Assembly (NCBI GenBank): GCA_902574205.1 | Contig: CACGMS010000002.1 | Coordinates: 22,746-86,745, forward strand | Direction of reading: 5' to 3' | Source: an uncultured Candidatus Hydrogenedens sp. | GTDB taxonomy: Bacteria > Myxococcota > UBA4151 | Length of the DNA stretch: 64,000 nucleotides | Shown: positions 16,946 through 27,190 of the stretch, one piece after another | Layout: each line of letters opens with the position of its first letter | How positions within the stretch are numbered: position 1 is the stretch's first letter | Notes under the pieces: model-generated | Database searches by the model: none | Told to the model about the DNA's origin: nothing | The model's input: the letters and a program-made list of their open reading frames with translations, nothing else | Made by a program: the position numbers and the translations under genes

Positions 16946-17683
16946 ATGAAGGGTATTGTGCTCGCGGGTGGTATGGGGACGCGTCTCGCTCCCTTGACGC
17001 ACGTCACCAACAAGCATTTGTTACCGGTTTATGATCGACCCATGGTCGATTATCCGCTCGAGACATTGATCACGGCAGGTATCGAGGAAATCATGGTTGT
17101 TACGGGCGGTGAACACGCTGGTGATTTCCTCAAGTTGATGGGTAACGGTGAACGCCTCGGTTTACGTCATCTGAACTACACCTACCAAAAAGGTCATGGT
17201 GGCATCGCGGAAGCGCTTGGTCTGTGCGCGCATTGGGCAGATGGTGAGCCGATCTGCGTGATCTTAGGCGATAACCTTTTTGAGTATCAGTTGAGCCCAG
17301 GACTCATGGCGTTTGCGGATGATCCTAAAGGTGCCATGGTCTTCTTAAAGCAAGTCCATGATCCTGAGCGGTTTGGTGTCGCCACTCTTGAGGGTGATCG
17401 TGTCGTGGATATCACCGAGAAGCCCTCGCAACCGAATAGCGATTGGGCAGTGACCGGCGCCTATTGTTACGATGCAGAGGTCTTTGAAATCATTAAAACG
17501 CTCAAGCCAAGTGCTCGTGGCGAGCTTGAAATTACGGACGTCAATAATGCGTATCTGCAACGAGGTATGTTGCAAGCGCACAAGCTCGACGGTTGGTGGA
17601 CCGATGCAGGAACTTTCGAGAGTCTCTTGCGCGCTGGCAATTTGGTGGCCAAAAGCGGTGCCAATAAATCGCACGAGTCGTAA
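16946..17683 (+). CDS. Sugar-1-phosphate nucleotidyltransferase (short-form glucose-1-phosphate thymidylyl/uridylyltransferase family).
   Basis: MKGIVLAGGMGTRLAPLTHVTNKHLLPVYDRPMVDYPLE is the canonical NTP-transferase N-terminal motif. Confidence 0.82.
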   Translation: MKGIVLAGGMGTRLAPLTHVTNKHLLPVYDRPMVDYPLETLITAGIEEIMVVTGGEHAGDFLKLMGNGERLGLRHLNYTYQKGHGGIAEALGLCAHWADGEPICVILGDNLFEYQLSPGLMAFADDPKGAMVFLKQVHDPERFGVATLEGDRVVDITEKPSQPNSDWAVTGAYCYDAEVFEIIKTLKPSARGELEITDVNNAYLQRGMLQAHKLDGWWTDAGTFESLLRAGNLVAKSGANKSHES

Positions 17684-17691
17684 AAGGTATC

Positions 17692-19935
17692 ATGCGCGAA
17701 CAACTCATTGCATTCGTTGATCCTCGTCATCGAAACGGTGCACTTCGATTAGGTCTTCTTTTTGCTGCATTGATCTTTGTGCCCTTTTTAGGTGCCTCTG
17801 GTCTCACGTCGCCATGGGAAGCACAGTACGCTGAAGTCGCTCGCGAAATGACGGCTAATGGTAACTATGTTTATCCAAAATACAGGAATACAGGGTTCTT
17901 CTCGAAACCCATTTTGACGATGTGGTTAACGAGTCCTGGGCTGAGCATTACGGGTGGCTGGCAAGCTGACGGCATGATTTCATCGTGGACGCCATTCGCT
18001 GTGCGTTTACCGATGGTTTTGTTGTTGTTGTTTGCCTTGTTTACGATGTTTTGGTCGATGGATCGGATCTTTGGTCATCGCATCGCGCTGGCGTGTATAT
18101 TGGTGGCTTCGACATCACCGTTTATTTTACTCGCAGGGCGCCAAGCGGTTACTGATATGCCGTTTTTTGCAACGGTAAGCGCGGCTTTATTCGCTCTAAT
18201 GGGGTATCTGTTTGGTGAGGATGAAGAGGCAGAGGCTCAGGCGCGTGTGGATACCCCGGCTGTCTGGGTTTTTGCTGTGCTTGCTGGGGTCGTCGTTGAG
18301 TTGGTTGTAGGGCTAGCTGCTCCGGCGGTTCATAGCGGTTGGCGACTGTTGTTTCTCTTGATTACGGTGCTTGCCGTCGCTCACCTTTTAGACCGTGCAG
18401 CCCGTCGACAACTGGAGAACTCTGAGGCTCGCTGGCTGACCGTTCGTGAAGATGGCGGTGATAAGTTACCGCTATGGTTCTTGACGGGGTTAGCTTGTGT
18501 CGTTGGCTTGCAGATCTTTTGGTATGTGACTTGTCCGGAGAATGATCCAATTTTGCCGATCAGAGGCTTGCGCTTGCCGAGCCGTATCACGGTCGTTGCT
18601 GGTATGATTGTACTCGCCGGCGTTTTGTATGCCCAACTTCGTCACAAAGCGCGCAATGAACTTCCGTTGTATGGCTTTTATGCCCTAGTCGGTTTGGCGA
18701 CATTAGCGAAAGGTTTTGGCGGCTTTATGCTCCCGGGAGCTGTTGCTCTGGGTTATATTGTCAGTGCCTGGGATTGGGGAGTTCTCAAGCGGGTTCGCTT
18801 GGTCACGGGTCCTGCTTTGTCTCTACTTGTTGGTGCACCTTGGTTCTTAATTATGTTCGCTTATCCTGGACGAGATGAAGAGCATAAGACCTTTTATTCT
18901 CGGTTTGTGGTGCATGATCACCTTCGGCGAATGGGCGGTGGAATTCATGGGGATTCAAGTAAGCGTGGTCTCGGCTTTACATACCATATTCGCTACTTAG
19001 CGTATGGTTTGTTTCCGTGGGTTTTGGCGCTTCCAGCTGCCGTCGCTCGTCTGATTGGAAACACCAAAGCACGTCGAGGTAAGGATGCCGCCGAGATGTT
19101 CTTGGTGGTTTGGTTGGTGGTGAGCTTTTTACTCTTTACGCTGATGTCGACCAAGTTTCATCATTATGGATTGCCGGTTGTCGCGCCGCTCGTTGCGTTG
19201 ATCGGGATTTGGTTGGGTAATTTGAGTTTAGATCGCTTTGTGTGGTCGCCGCCTATTGCTGCGTTGACGATTTTGCTCGGGGTCGCTGTTGCGGCTGACT
19301 TGATCCGGTTTCCATGGGAGTGGATGGATCTAACAACATACCACTATATTAACTATAAACCTCAAGATTATTTCCCAAGTGTTGCCGGTGGTCAGTGTGA
19401 TCTGAGCACAACGTACTGTTGGGTTCTTGGTTTCATTCCAGTGACCATCGACTTCAATTGGCCGTTATTGGTAGGAATCGCTGTTGTTGTATCAACAGCT
19501 CTCGCTGTTATGGCATCGCTCTACGGCGCCTACAAAGCCGGTGCGGGATTTTTACAGAGCAAGGTGTGGGTCGCCTCGGGTTTGGTGACAGGCCTCTTTG
19601 TGGCGCATTTGTATTTCCCTGTCCTGGGTCAGCATTGGACGCATGCTTCGTTAGTTGGAACGTACTTTAAGCGACGACAGCCAGCTGACCCGCTCGTGGC
19701 TTATCAGATGAATTGGCACGGCGAGACTTTTTACGCGCGTAACTTAGAGTGGCAAATCAATGACTCGAAGCGGTTACGACAAATTGTGGACCGGCCAGGA
19801 ACCGCTTGGGTGTTGGTTGAGCAGTCGCGATTTGATGGGATGAAAAAATCGCTGGGAAATCGGTACAAAGAGCGAGTTCATATTGCTGATCGCTCGAATG
19901 TGAAATGGTATTTGGTACGCGTTGATGATCCCTAG
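17692..19935 (+). CDS. GT-C fold membrane glycosyltransferase (ArnT/PMT-like, GT39/GT83 type).
   Basis: 747 aa and polytopic. N-terminal ...PWEAQYAEVAREMTANGNYVYPKY resembles the ArnT/PMT first periplasmic loop motif. About 12 or more TM helices. Confidence 0.7.
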   Translation: MREQLIAFVDPRHRNGALRLGLLFAALIFVPFLGASGLTSPWEAQYAEVAREMTANGNYVYPKYRNTGFFSKPILTMWLTSPGLSITGGWQADGMISSWTPFAVRLPMVLLLLFALFTMFWSMDRIFGHRIALACILVASTSPFILLAGRQAVTDMPFFATVSAALFALMGYLFGEDEEAEAQARVDTPAVWVFAVLAGVVVELVVGLAAPAVHSGWRLLFLLITVLAVAHLLDRAARRQLENSEARWLTVREDGGDKLPLWFLTGLACVVGLQIFWYVTCPENDPILPIRGLRLPSRITVVAGMIVLAGVLYAQLRHKARNELPLYGFYALVGLATLAKGFGGFMLPGAVALGYIVSAWDWGVLKRVRLVTGPALSLLVGAPWFLIMFAYPGRDEEHKTFYSRFVVHDHLRRMGGGIHGDSSKRGLGFTYHIRYLAYGLFPWVLALPAAVARLIGNTKARRGKDAAEMFLVVWLVVSFLLFTLMSTKFHHYGLPVVAPLVALIGIWLGNLSLDRFVWSPPIAALTILLGVAVAADLIRFPWEWMDLTTYHYINYKPQDYFPSVAGGQCDLSTTYCWVLGFIPVTIDFNWPLLVGIAVVVSTALAVMASLYGAYKAGAGFLQSKVWVASGLVTGLFVAHLYFPVLGQHWTHASLVGTYFKRRQPADPLVAYQMNWHGETFYARNLEWQINDSKRLRQIVDRPGTAWVLVEQSRFDGMKKSLGNRYKERVHIADRSNVKWYLVRVDDP

Positions 19936-20006
19936 CGACTAAAGGCGTTGCGACGGCGGGCTTGCTTGCTTATTGAGGGGACCGCTTTCGACGATAGGGG
20001 TAAACG

Positions 20007-20405
20007 ATGCGGTGGTTTATTGGGTGCGCTTTGTTTGCCGTAGTGGCTTGTTCGAGTGGGCCGAATAACCGCTTTACCGAACATCAAAAGAAGATCACAC
20101 CGCCGCCTCCGAAAGAAGCGCTAAAGAAAGTCGTAAAAAAAGAAGTCGATTATCACGGTCTTGTCGCAGAAGGTGCCATCTTAGTTGATGTACGAACGCC
20201 TCCTGAGTTTGCTCGCGGTAGTGTTCCTGGCGCAAAGAACGTTCCTTATGAGAACTTACTTCAAAAGATGGACGCCTTCGGAACGCACGATCAAACCGTG
20301 ATCGTGTTTTGTGAGTCTGGACGGCGTGCTGGGTTAGCTAAAGAGATCCTCGTTCAGCAGGGCTGGAAAGAGGTTCATAACATGGGAAGTCACAGGGACT
20401 GGTAA
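20007..20405 (+). CDS. Rhodanese-domain lipoprotein (sulfurtransferase-like).
   Basis: Lipobox (VVACSSG). Rhodanese fold with the active-site loop FCESGRRAG. TAATG-coupled to the next gene. Confidence 0.8.
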   Translation: MRWFIGCALFAVVACSSGPNNRFTEHQKKITPPPPKEALKKVVKKEVDYHGLVAEGAILVDVRTPPEFARGSVPGAKNVPYENLLQKMDAFGTHDQTVIVFCESGRRAGLAKEILVQQGWKEVHNMGSHRDW

Positions 20406-21967
20406 TGAAGAATTTATTGATTGCATTATCGTGTATGCTGGCACCGTCGGTCGCTTTGGCGGCTGGGGGCGGCATGGAAGCTTATGGCGAGATTGTCGCC
20501 ATCTTTATTTTGCTCGCCGTTGTGGTGTTCGTGATCAGTCGGTTGCCCACGGTTGAAGAGGTCAACCATTCGGCTGAGTTCCGTCGTCGACGCGTTATGA
20601 ACTGGCTTCCTTTGGGGCTGACCTATGCGTTCTTGTATATGGGTCGCTACAACCTCAAGGTCTCCAAGTTTGCCTTTGAAGAAATGCAAGATTCGGCGGG
20701 CGGCGCGCTGATGAGTAACGAGGGCTTTGGCGTGATCTTCACCGTTGGGGTGTGGGTTTACGGCTCGGCCTTTTTGATCAACGGCCCGCTCACTGACAAA
20801 TTGGGCGGTCGCTTCGCTATTTTAGTGGGTGCCGGTGGGTCTGCATTCGCTAATCTGTTAATGGGCTTGGCGACTTGGAGTTTAGTCAATCAGGGGCCCA
20901 TGCACACCGCTATCGGTGAGAACTTCATCACGATTTTCTCTGTGCTCTATGGCGTAAATATGTACTTTCAGAGCTTTGGCGCTGTGGCAGTGGTTAAGTG
21001 TAACGCACCATGGTTCCATGTCAGAGAGCGCGGTGTATTTGGCGCGATTTTCGGTATCTTGATCTCGCTCGGCGTCTATTTTGCGTTTGATTTGGGCTAC
21101 AAAATTGTCAACCACATCGGCGTCGCTGAGGTCTTCTTTATACCCACAGTGATGTTAGCGATCTTCTGGATTGCTGATTACTTCTTGGTGCGTAACTCAC
21201 CCGAGGATGCAGGCCTGAAAGACTTTGATACGGCGGACGCTTCATCAGGCGATGATGGACCGCAACTCGGAGCCTTAGAAGTCTTTAAGAAGATGCTGAC
21301 CAATCCGATCATCATCACCATTGCGTTGGTTGAGTTCTGCAGTGGGTTTATTCGCCAGGCGCCGATGCAATGGTACCGAACGTTTGCTAAGCAGACCAAC
21401 GAGGTGCTGCAGCTCAAAGGCGACTTTATCTATGATCACTGGGGTATGTGGTTGTGCGTCGCTGGTATTATGGGCGGCGTGCTCGCTGGTGTGATTTCGG
21501 ATCGAGTCTTTCAGTCCCGCCGAGGACCCGTGGCAGCCATCTTGTATTTGGGCGTGACCTTAGGTTCGGTTGTTCTGTACTTTACCTATCAAATCCCAGC
21601 GATTGAGTTTGCCGGTGTGAAGTTATCGGTTCCAGGCGTGATGGCGATTTTGATTTCGATGTGCGTCATCGGCGTACACGGTATGTTATCCGGGACGGCG
21701 TCCATGGACTTTGGTGGTCGCAAGAATGTGGGGATTGCGGTCGGGATTATCGACGGGTTTGTCTATTTGGGCACCGGAGTGATGTCACTGACGTACGCTT
21801 ATGTCTTGCCGCAAGAGCAGTTCGATACATCGGGTCAACTCATCGGACCGGTCACACAGCCTGAGAACTGGTCGCCTTGGCCGATTTCGATGATCATCAT
21901 CGGGTTCTGCGGCTTTGCGCTGGCTACACGCGTCTGGAATGCGAAGCCTAAAGGTAAAGGCGCCTAA
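20405..21967 (+). CDS. MFS-type transporter.
   Basis: 12-TM topology. The motif LTYAFLYMGRYNLKV is the MFS signature region after TM2. Confidence 0.7.
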   Translation: MKNLLIALSCMLAPSVALAAGGGMEAYGEIVAIFILLAVVVFVISRLPTVEEVNHSAEFRRRRVMNWLPLGLTYAFLYMGRYNLKVSKFAFEEMQDSAGGALMSNEGFGVIFTVGVWVYGSAFLINGPLTDKLGGRFAILVGAGGSAFANLLMGLATWSLVNQGPMHTAIGENFITIFSVLYGVNMYFQSFGAVAVVKCNAPWFHVRERGVFGAIFGILISLGVYFAFDLGYKIVNHIGVAEVFFIPTVMLAIFWIADYFLVRNSPEDAGLKDFDTADASSGDDGPQLGALEVFKKMLTNPIIITIALVEFCSGFIRQAPMQWYRTFAKQTNEVLQLKGDFIYDHWGMWLCVAGIMGGVLAGVISDRVFQSRRGPVAAILYLGVTLGSVVLYFTYQIPAIEFAGVKLSVPGVMAILISMCVIGVHGMLSGTASMDFGGRKNVGIAVGIIDGFVYLGTGVMSLTYAYVLPQEQFDTSGQLIGPVTQPENWSPWPISMIIIGFCGFALATRVWNAKPKGKGA

Positions 21968-22039
21968 GCGAAGAGCTAAGGTGGGCGTTATTGCCAGTTC
22001 TGCCAATATGGCCGATTGGAACCTGTCAGGCCGGCAGTT

Positions 22040-22131
22040 GGGCTGAGGCCTTTAAGTTATAAGTCATTGGAATTCAAAGTTTATAATTAAGGCATGAATC
22101 CTGCTTAACCCTTCTGCGTACGTAGGAGGAC
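22040..22131 (+). promoter_or_regulatory. Candidate promoter and RBS region of the T2SS operon. TATAAT at 22082-22087 and AGGAGGA at 22124-22130.
   Basis: 165-bp intergenic gap. A consensus -10 hexamer, but no well-spaced -35. A strong Shine-Dalgarno sits 1 nt before ATG 22132. Confidence 0.25.
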
Positions 22132-23073
22132 ATGCGGGTGGATCGGCTGAAACAGCTCAAACCGCTAGGAACGTTTTTCGGGTTGGCGCTCTGTGCTTAT
22201 CTGGCTGCGGGTATTGTGACGACGGTGGTTGCTGAATGGCGCCGCCCGGTGCCGCCTTTGCCTGAGGTCAAGGCGCCGAAGAGCAGCAAGCGTTTTGTGC
22301 GTCAAATCAGCGCTATCGCTGATCGTAATCTAGCAGGAACTGCCAAAGAGGTGGTTGAAGAAATCGAGTCGGTTGAAGAGGGCCCAGAAGACCTCGATCC
22401 CAGCGGTGAGGTGATGAAATCCGGGCTCAACGCTCGGGTTGTTGCGACGGTATTGTTTGAGCATCAGGCATGGGATTTTGCGCTGATTGAGGACGGACTT
22501 CGGCGCAAAACCTTTATTGGTCATGTCGGCGATGAACTCTTTCCCAAGAACGAACTCTTTACGGTGATGACCATCGAAGAGGATCGCGTGATCATTCGCG
22601 AGGGCTCGAGTCCTCGACTCACATATCTTGAAAAGGAAAAGGTCAGCGACTCGGGCACCAGCAGCAGTTCTTCGACTTCGTCGTCAAGCAGTTCACCTAA
22701 CGATAAGTCCGATATCAACAAGCGGATTCTTGCGGGGGTGAAGAAAAAAGGAGCCGGCAAATATGAGATTTCTCGCGACAGCATCGATACCGTACTCTCA
22801 AATATGAGTGCGCTCTCCACAGACGCTCGGGTGGTCCCTGACTTCAAAGGGGGCAAACAACGCGGCTTTAAGTTGTTTTCGATCAAACCCAAGTCGGTCT
22901 TCTCAAAAATTGGTTTAAAAAACGGGGACGTTCTCAAGACCGTCAACGGTTATACTCTGTCTAGTCCTGATAAAATCCTAGAGGTCTACGGGAAACTCAA
23001 AGATTCCGAACAGATCTCGATCGAAGTTTTACGACGCGGCAAGCCTCGTAACTTTGAATACTCCATTCGTTAA
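22132..23073 (+). CDS. gspC: Type II secretion system protein C (GspC), with a PDZ domain.
   Basis: N-terminal TM. Ser-rich linker. C-terminal PDZ (GFKLFSIKPKSVFSKIGLKNGDVLKTVNG). Directly precedes the secretin gene. Confidence 0.72.
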   Translation: MRVDRLKQLKPLGTFFGLALCAYLAAGIVTTVVAEWRRPVPPLPEVKAPKSSKRFVRQISAIADRNLAGTAKEVVEEIESVEEGPEDLDPSGEVMKSGLNARVVATVLFEHQAWDFALIEDGLRRKTFIGHVGDELFPKNELFTVMTIEEDRVIIREGSSPRLTYLEKEKVSDSGTSSSSSTSSSSSSPNDKSDINKRILAGVKKKGAGKYEISRDSIDTVLSNMSALSTDARVVPDFKGGKQRGFKLFSIKPKSVFSKIGLKNGDVLKTVNGYTLSSPDKILEVYGKLKDSEQISIEVLRRGKPRNFEYSIR

Positions 23074-25487
23074 TGAAGAAAGGCTTGGTTATGCGTACCC
23101 TGAGCCTCGTTGTGCTCTCATTGATTCTTACGACTCCAGCTTTGGCGCAGAATGCCTCAAAGCCGGTCTCTGAGCGTTCTAAAAAACGGCGAGCCCGCAA
23201 AGGTAAGTTCGACTTTAAGGAGCAGACCTACAAGCTGCCAAAGTTGCTGCAGTTGATGGGTGAGTTGACCCGTAAGAATTTTATCTTAGGTAAAGAACTC
23301 AAAAATAAAGAGATCACGATCTATTGCCAAAGCCCGGTAAGCATTACTGAAGCTTATCGTGTGTTTGTCTCTGCTTTGTCGGCTCATAAATTGAGTTTGG
23401 TCAAAGTCGGTAAGTTCTATCGAGTGGTAAAAGCGAAAGATGCCGTCAAAGGCCCCTCACCAACCTTCATTGATGGTCGCATGAACGAAGTGCCCTACGA
23501 TGAGCGCATGGTGACCGTTTTGCATAAGCTGCGCCACTTAGACGGTAACGATCTGCTCAAGGTGCTGAAGAAGATGATTAGCCCGTCTGGCAGTGTGCAG
23601 ATCGTGCCGCCACGGTTGTTGTTGATCTCCGATTCGGCGATGAATGTTCATCGCTTGATGCGCTTGGTCAAACACCTGGATAAAGCCGGCGCCACCCACC
23701 AGATTCACTACTATGAAGCGCGCTACGCTGATGCGGGTGATTTGGCTTCAAAACTTGGTGAGGTCTTTACCGTACTAGGGAAGAATAAGAAGAAGGCATC
23801 CACGAAATCTAAGAGCACTGCGCCGAGCGATGTGGTTCTGCAGCAGGTGGTCGCCGACGACCGAACCAACACCTTGATTATCGTTTCGGAACAAGTGGCT
23901 TATGAGCGCGCCGTGCAATTGCTCGATCGATTGGATCTACCGACACCCGATGATGAGGGTGCAATTCACGTCCTTCGTTTGGAAAATGCTGACGCCAAGG
24001 AACTTGCCTCGACGCTTTCGAGTTTGATCTCCGGATTGAGCAGCCAGCGAAACCGAAAAGGCAAGGGGAAGAGTAAATCGAAGAAAAAATCAGGCAAAGG
24101 CGCGTCTGCCGAAGGCTTGTTTACCGGGGAAGTTAAAGTGAGCGCTGATGAGGCGACGAACTCACTTGTTGTAGTCGCCAGTCGCAACGACTTGAGGGTT
24201 CTTCAGCGCATCGTCAAGCGGCTGGATTACCGTCGTCCGCAGGTTTTTGTTGAAGCAGCCTTTCTTGAGCTGTCAGTCAAAGAAGGCTCGGATGTGGGTG
24301 CCAGTATGCATAGCGGTGTAACTGCTGAAGGTACCGATTGGGTCGATGCAACTGAAAGCCCTTGGGTTGCCGGTGCACTGGCTGGTGGCGCGGGTATTGT
24401 TGGCTCAACGACAGCTCAAGGCCTTCGTTCGATCTCACCGGTAAGTGCCGCCGGATTGCTGGGTTTAGTCGGTGCCTTTCAAGGGGTTTCGATCCCTGGT
24501 CTTGATGAGGCCTTTGGGGTGAAGTTACCCACTTTTGGCGTGGTCTTTCAGGCGCTCAAGAGCACGACGGGTGTGGATGTCTTATCGACGCCGCATTTGT
24601 TGACGACCGACAATGAAGAAGCTGAGATTACGGTGGGCAAAAATGTACCTTTTGCATCGAGCATGATGGGTGGACTCGGTAATCTAGCGAGTTTGGCAGG
24701 TGCTGCAGGGTCTTCAGCAGCGAGCACGGGATTAGGTGCTTTGGGTGGTTTAGGGATCCCTTCTGTATCCATTCAGCGTCAAGATGTGGCGCTCAAGCTC
24801 AAGCTGACGCCACACGTCACCAATACGGGACAGGTCCGTATGGAACTTGAAGCTGAGATCAGTGAATTAGGCGGCATTGAACCGACAACCAACTCACCGA
24901 TTACGACGCAGCGAAAGATCAAAACCGTTGTGGTCGCTGGAGACAGCCAGACCATTGTTATCGGCGGTTTGATGGGGGATCGAAAAACGGATTCAGTGAC
25001 AAAGATTCCGTTGCTCGGTGATCTGCCCTTACTTGGAGCGTTGTTTCGTTCGAAAAAGACCGAGATCGATAAGACCAATCTGTTGTTGGTCCTGACCCCG
25101 CATATTGTCACGAACGACGAGGATTTTGCTCGGATTTTTGAGCGTAAGCTTGAGGAACGTCGCGAGTATGCAAAGTTTATGAGTGATCGTGCGAATAAAT
25201 TCCGATCAACGATGAATTGGCAGCGAAAAGTCGGTCCGTTCGGTCGGCTCGATCGCGACCTCACGCGTCATCTTGACTCAATTGAAAATGGGGGTGGTGG
25301 TGAAGGTGATGAAGAGGTCATCGGTGCCGATGTGACGCCAAGTATTGAAGACGCCGTGACGTCTGAAGCGAAGCTTGAAGCGCCAGCAGCAGCGCAAACG
25401 GAACCGAAAGTAAAGACGGATTCATCTGCTCAGCCTGGCGCCGAAGCCAAACCGGCTGAAACTAAAGCCGCTGCGAAGAAAGACTGA
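23073..25487 (+). CDS. gspD: Type II secretion system secretin GspD.
   Basis: Secretin C-domain (GDSQTIVIGGLMGDRKTDSVTKIPLLGDLPLLGALFRSKKTEIDKTNLLLVLTPHIV) plus N0-N3 domains. Confidence 0.9.
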   Translation: MKKGLVMRTLSLVVLSLILTTPALAQNASKPVSERSKKRRARKGKFDFKEQTYKLPKLLQLMGELTRKNFILGKELKNKEITIYCQSPVSITEAYRVFVSALSAHKLSLVKVGKFYRVVKAKDAVKGPSPTFIDGRMNEVPYDERMVTVLHKLRHLDGNDLLKVLKKMISPSGSVQIVPPRLLLISDSAMNVHRLMRLVKHLDKAGATHQIHYYEARYADAGDLASKLGEVFTVLGKNKKKASTKSKSTAPSDVVLQQVVADDRTNTLIIVSEQVAYERAVQLLDRLDLPTPDDEGAIHVLRLENADAKELASTLSSLISGLSSQRNRKGKGKSKSKKKSGKGASAEGLFTGEVKVSADEATNSLVVVASRNDLRVLQRIVKRLDYRRPQVFVEAAFLELSVKEGSDVGASMHSGVTAEGTDWVDATESPWVAGALAGGAGIVGSTTAQGLRSISPVSAAGLLGLVGAFQGVSIPGLDEAFGVKLPTFGVVFQALKSTTGVDVLSTPHLLTTDNEEAEITVGKNVPFASSMMGGLGNLASLAGAAGSSAASTGLGALGGLGIPSVSIQRQDVALKLKLTPHVTNTGQVRMELEAEISELGGIEPTTNSPITTQRKIKTVVVAGDSQTIVIGGLMGDRKTDSVTKIPLLGDLPLLGALFRSKKTEIDKTNLLLVLTPHIVTNDEDFARIFERKLEERREYAKFMSDRANKFRSTMNWQRKVGPFGRLDRDLTRHLDSIENGGGGEGDEEVIGADVTPSIEDAVTSEAKLEAPAAAQTEPKVKTDSSAQPGAEAKPAETKAAAKKD

Positions 25488-25489
25488 TC

Positions 25490-27187
25490 ATGCGTATCGG
25501 TGAACTTCTAATTCGGCATCAGGGTGTGACCGCAGAAGCGGTTGACGCGGCTCTTGAAGAGCAGGTGGAACGTGGTGGCTTGCTTGGTGAGTTGCTCGTA
25601 GGCGCCAAAGCGGTTGATGAGTCCGGTTTAGCGATGAGTTTAGCCCAGCAGGCAGGCTGTGGCTTTCGCAAGCAGATCGATGCGAACGCCATCCCGGATG
25701 AGTTGCTTGATTTGATTCCGCTTAGTTTTGCTCGTGCACGGCAAGTGTTACCGCTTGAGGTGTCTGATGATGGCTCGGTGGTGGTGGTCGTTGCAGATCC
25801 TTACGATTTGTCGGTGGTCAGTGATCTGCAGTTGATGCTGCAGCGACCTTTGGTCACCGAAGTGGCGACATCGACACTGATTACCGCCAGCGCCAACAGC
25901 GCTTATGATCGAGCGACTCGGTTAGCCGAAGATGCTGCCGAAGGGCTTGAAGAGAGCCATGCGGAAGAAGAAGAAGAGTTCGCAATTCAAGACATCCTCG
26001 ATGCCGAGGATGAGGCACCGATTATTCGATTTGTTCACTCGATTTTATCTCAGGCCGTTCGCGAGCGTGCCTCTGATATTCATGTGGAGCCCTTTGAGCG
26101 AGAAGTCGCAGTGCGTTTTCGAGTCGATGGCGTGTTGCGCGAGGTGGTTCGTCCGCCTAAGGCCGCCCAGAGCTCGATTACCAGTCGTATCAAAGTGATG
26201 GCTGGCCTGAACATCGCTGAGAAGCGTTTGCCTCAAGATGGGCGTATCCGTCTCAAGCGTGCCGGTCGCGATATTGATATTCGTGTCTCGACCGTACCCA
26301 CCAGTCATGGCGAGCGGGTGGTGATGCGTTTGCTCGATCGCTCGGCAGTTCTCAAACCGCTTGATGATTTGGGCTTTGCTCAGAGTCAGTTGGACGGCGT
26401 GGACCGACTCATCAAGCGCAGTCATGGGATCATTTTGGTCACCGGTCCAACCGGTTCAGGTAAAACGACGACGCTTTATGGTTGTTTGAGCAAGATCAAT
26501 TCGCCGGATAAGAACATCTTAACGATTGAAGATCCCGTCGAGTATCAGCTCCAAGGCGTGGGTCAGGTCCCTGTTAATCCAAAGATCGATTTGACCTTCG
26601 CGTCTGGTTTGCGTGCGTTCTTACGCCAGGATCCTGACGTGATCATGGTGGGTGAGATTCGCGATAAGGATACCGCAGAGATTGCCATTCAAGCCTCGTT
26701 GACGGGCCACTTAGTCCTCTCGACGATTCACACTAACGATGCCGCTTCAGCGATGACTCGTTTGGTCGATATGGGCGTTGAAGCCTTTTTGGTGGCGTCG
26801 TCATTAGCGGGTGTCTTGGCTCAGCGTCTGGTGCGTACGGTTTGTGATGAATGCGCCGAGACTCTACCCTTGAGTGACGGTGCGTGCCGTGAACTCGGTG
26901 TGGATCCGCGTATTCACGCCGGCAAACCTGTCCGTCGTGGCACAGGGTGTATCGAATGCCAAAATACAGGCTACAAAGGTCGAACTGGAATTTATGAGTT
27001 GTTGTTGGTTGATGACAACGTGCGTGAGTTGGTGCTGACCAACTCCGATGCAGCCCGGGTTAAAAAGGCTGCCCGTGAATACGGCATGGAAACCCTACGA
27101 GAAGACGGTCTTCGCAAAATCCTAAACGGTGAGACGACGGTTGCTGAGGTGTGTCGCGTCACGACGGAAGAAGCGGTGTTGGACTAA
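25490..27187 (+). CDS. gspE: Type II secretion ATPase GspE.
   Basis: Walker A GPTGSGKTTTLY. Asp box. Tetracysteine C-terminus (CDECAE...CIECQNTGYKGR). Confidence 0.93.
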   Translation: MRIGELLIRHQGVTAEAVDAALEEQVERGGLLGELLVGAKAVDESGLAMSLAQQAGCGFRKQIDANAIPDELLDLIPLSFARARQVLPLEVSDDGSVVVVVADPYDLSVVSDLQLMLQRPLVTEVATSTLITASANSAYDRATRLAEDAAEGLEESHAEEEEEFAIQDILDAEDEAPIIRFVHSILSQAVRERASDIHVEPFEREVAVRFRVDGVLREVVRPPKAAQSSITSRIKVMAGLNIAEKRLPQDGRIRLKRAGRDIDIRVSTVPTSHGERVVMRLLDRSAVLKPLDDLGFAQSQLDGVDRLIKRSHGIILVTGPTGSGKTTTLYGCLSKINSPDKNILTIEDPVEYQLQGVGQVPVNPKIDLTFASGLRAFLRQDPDVIMVGEIRDKDTAEIAIQASLTGHLVLSTIHTNDAASAMTRLVDMGVEAFLVASSLAGVLAQRLVRTVCDECAETLPLSDGACRELGVDPRIHAGKPVRRGTGCIECQNTGYKGRTGIYELLLVDDNVRELVLTNSDAARVKKAAREYGMETLREDGLRKILNGETTVAEVCRVTTEEAVLD

Positions 27188-27190
27188 GTT

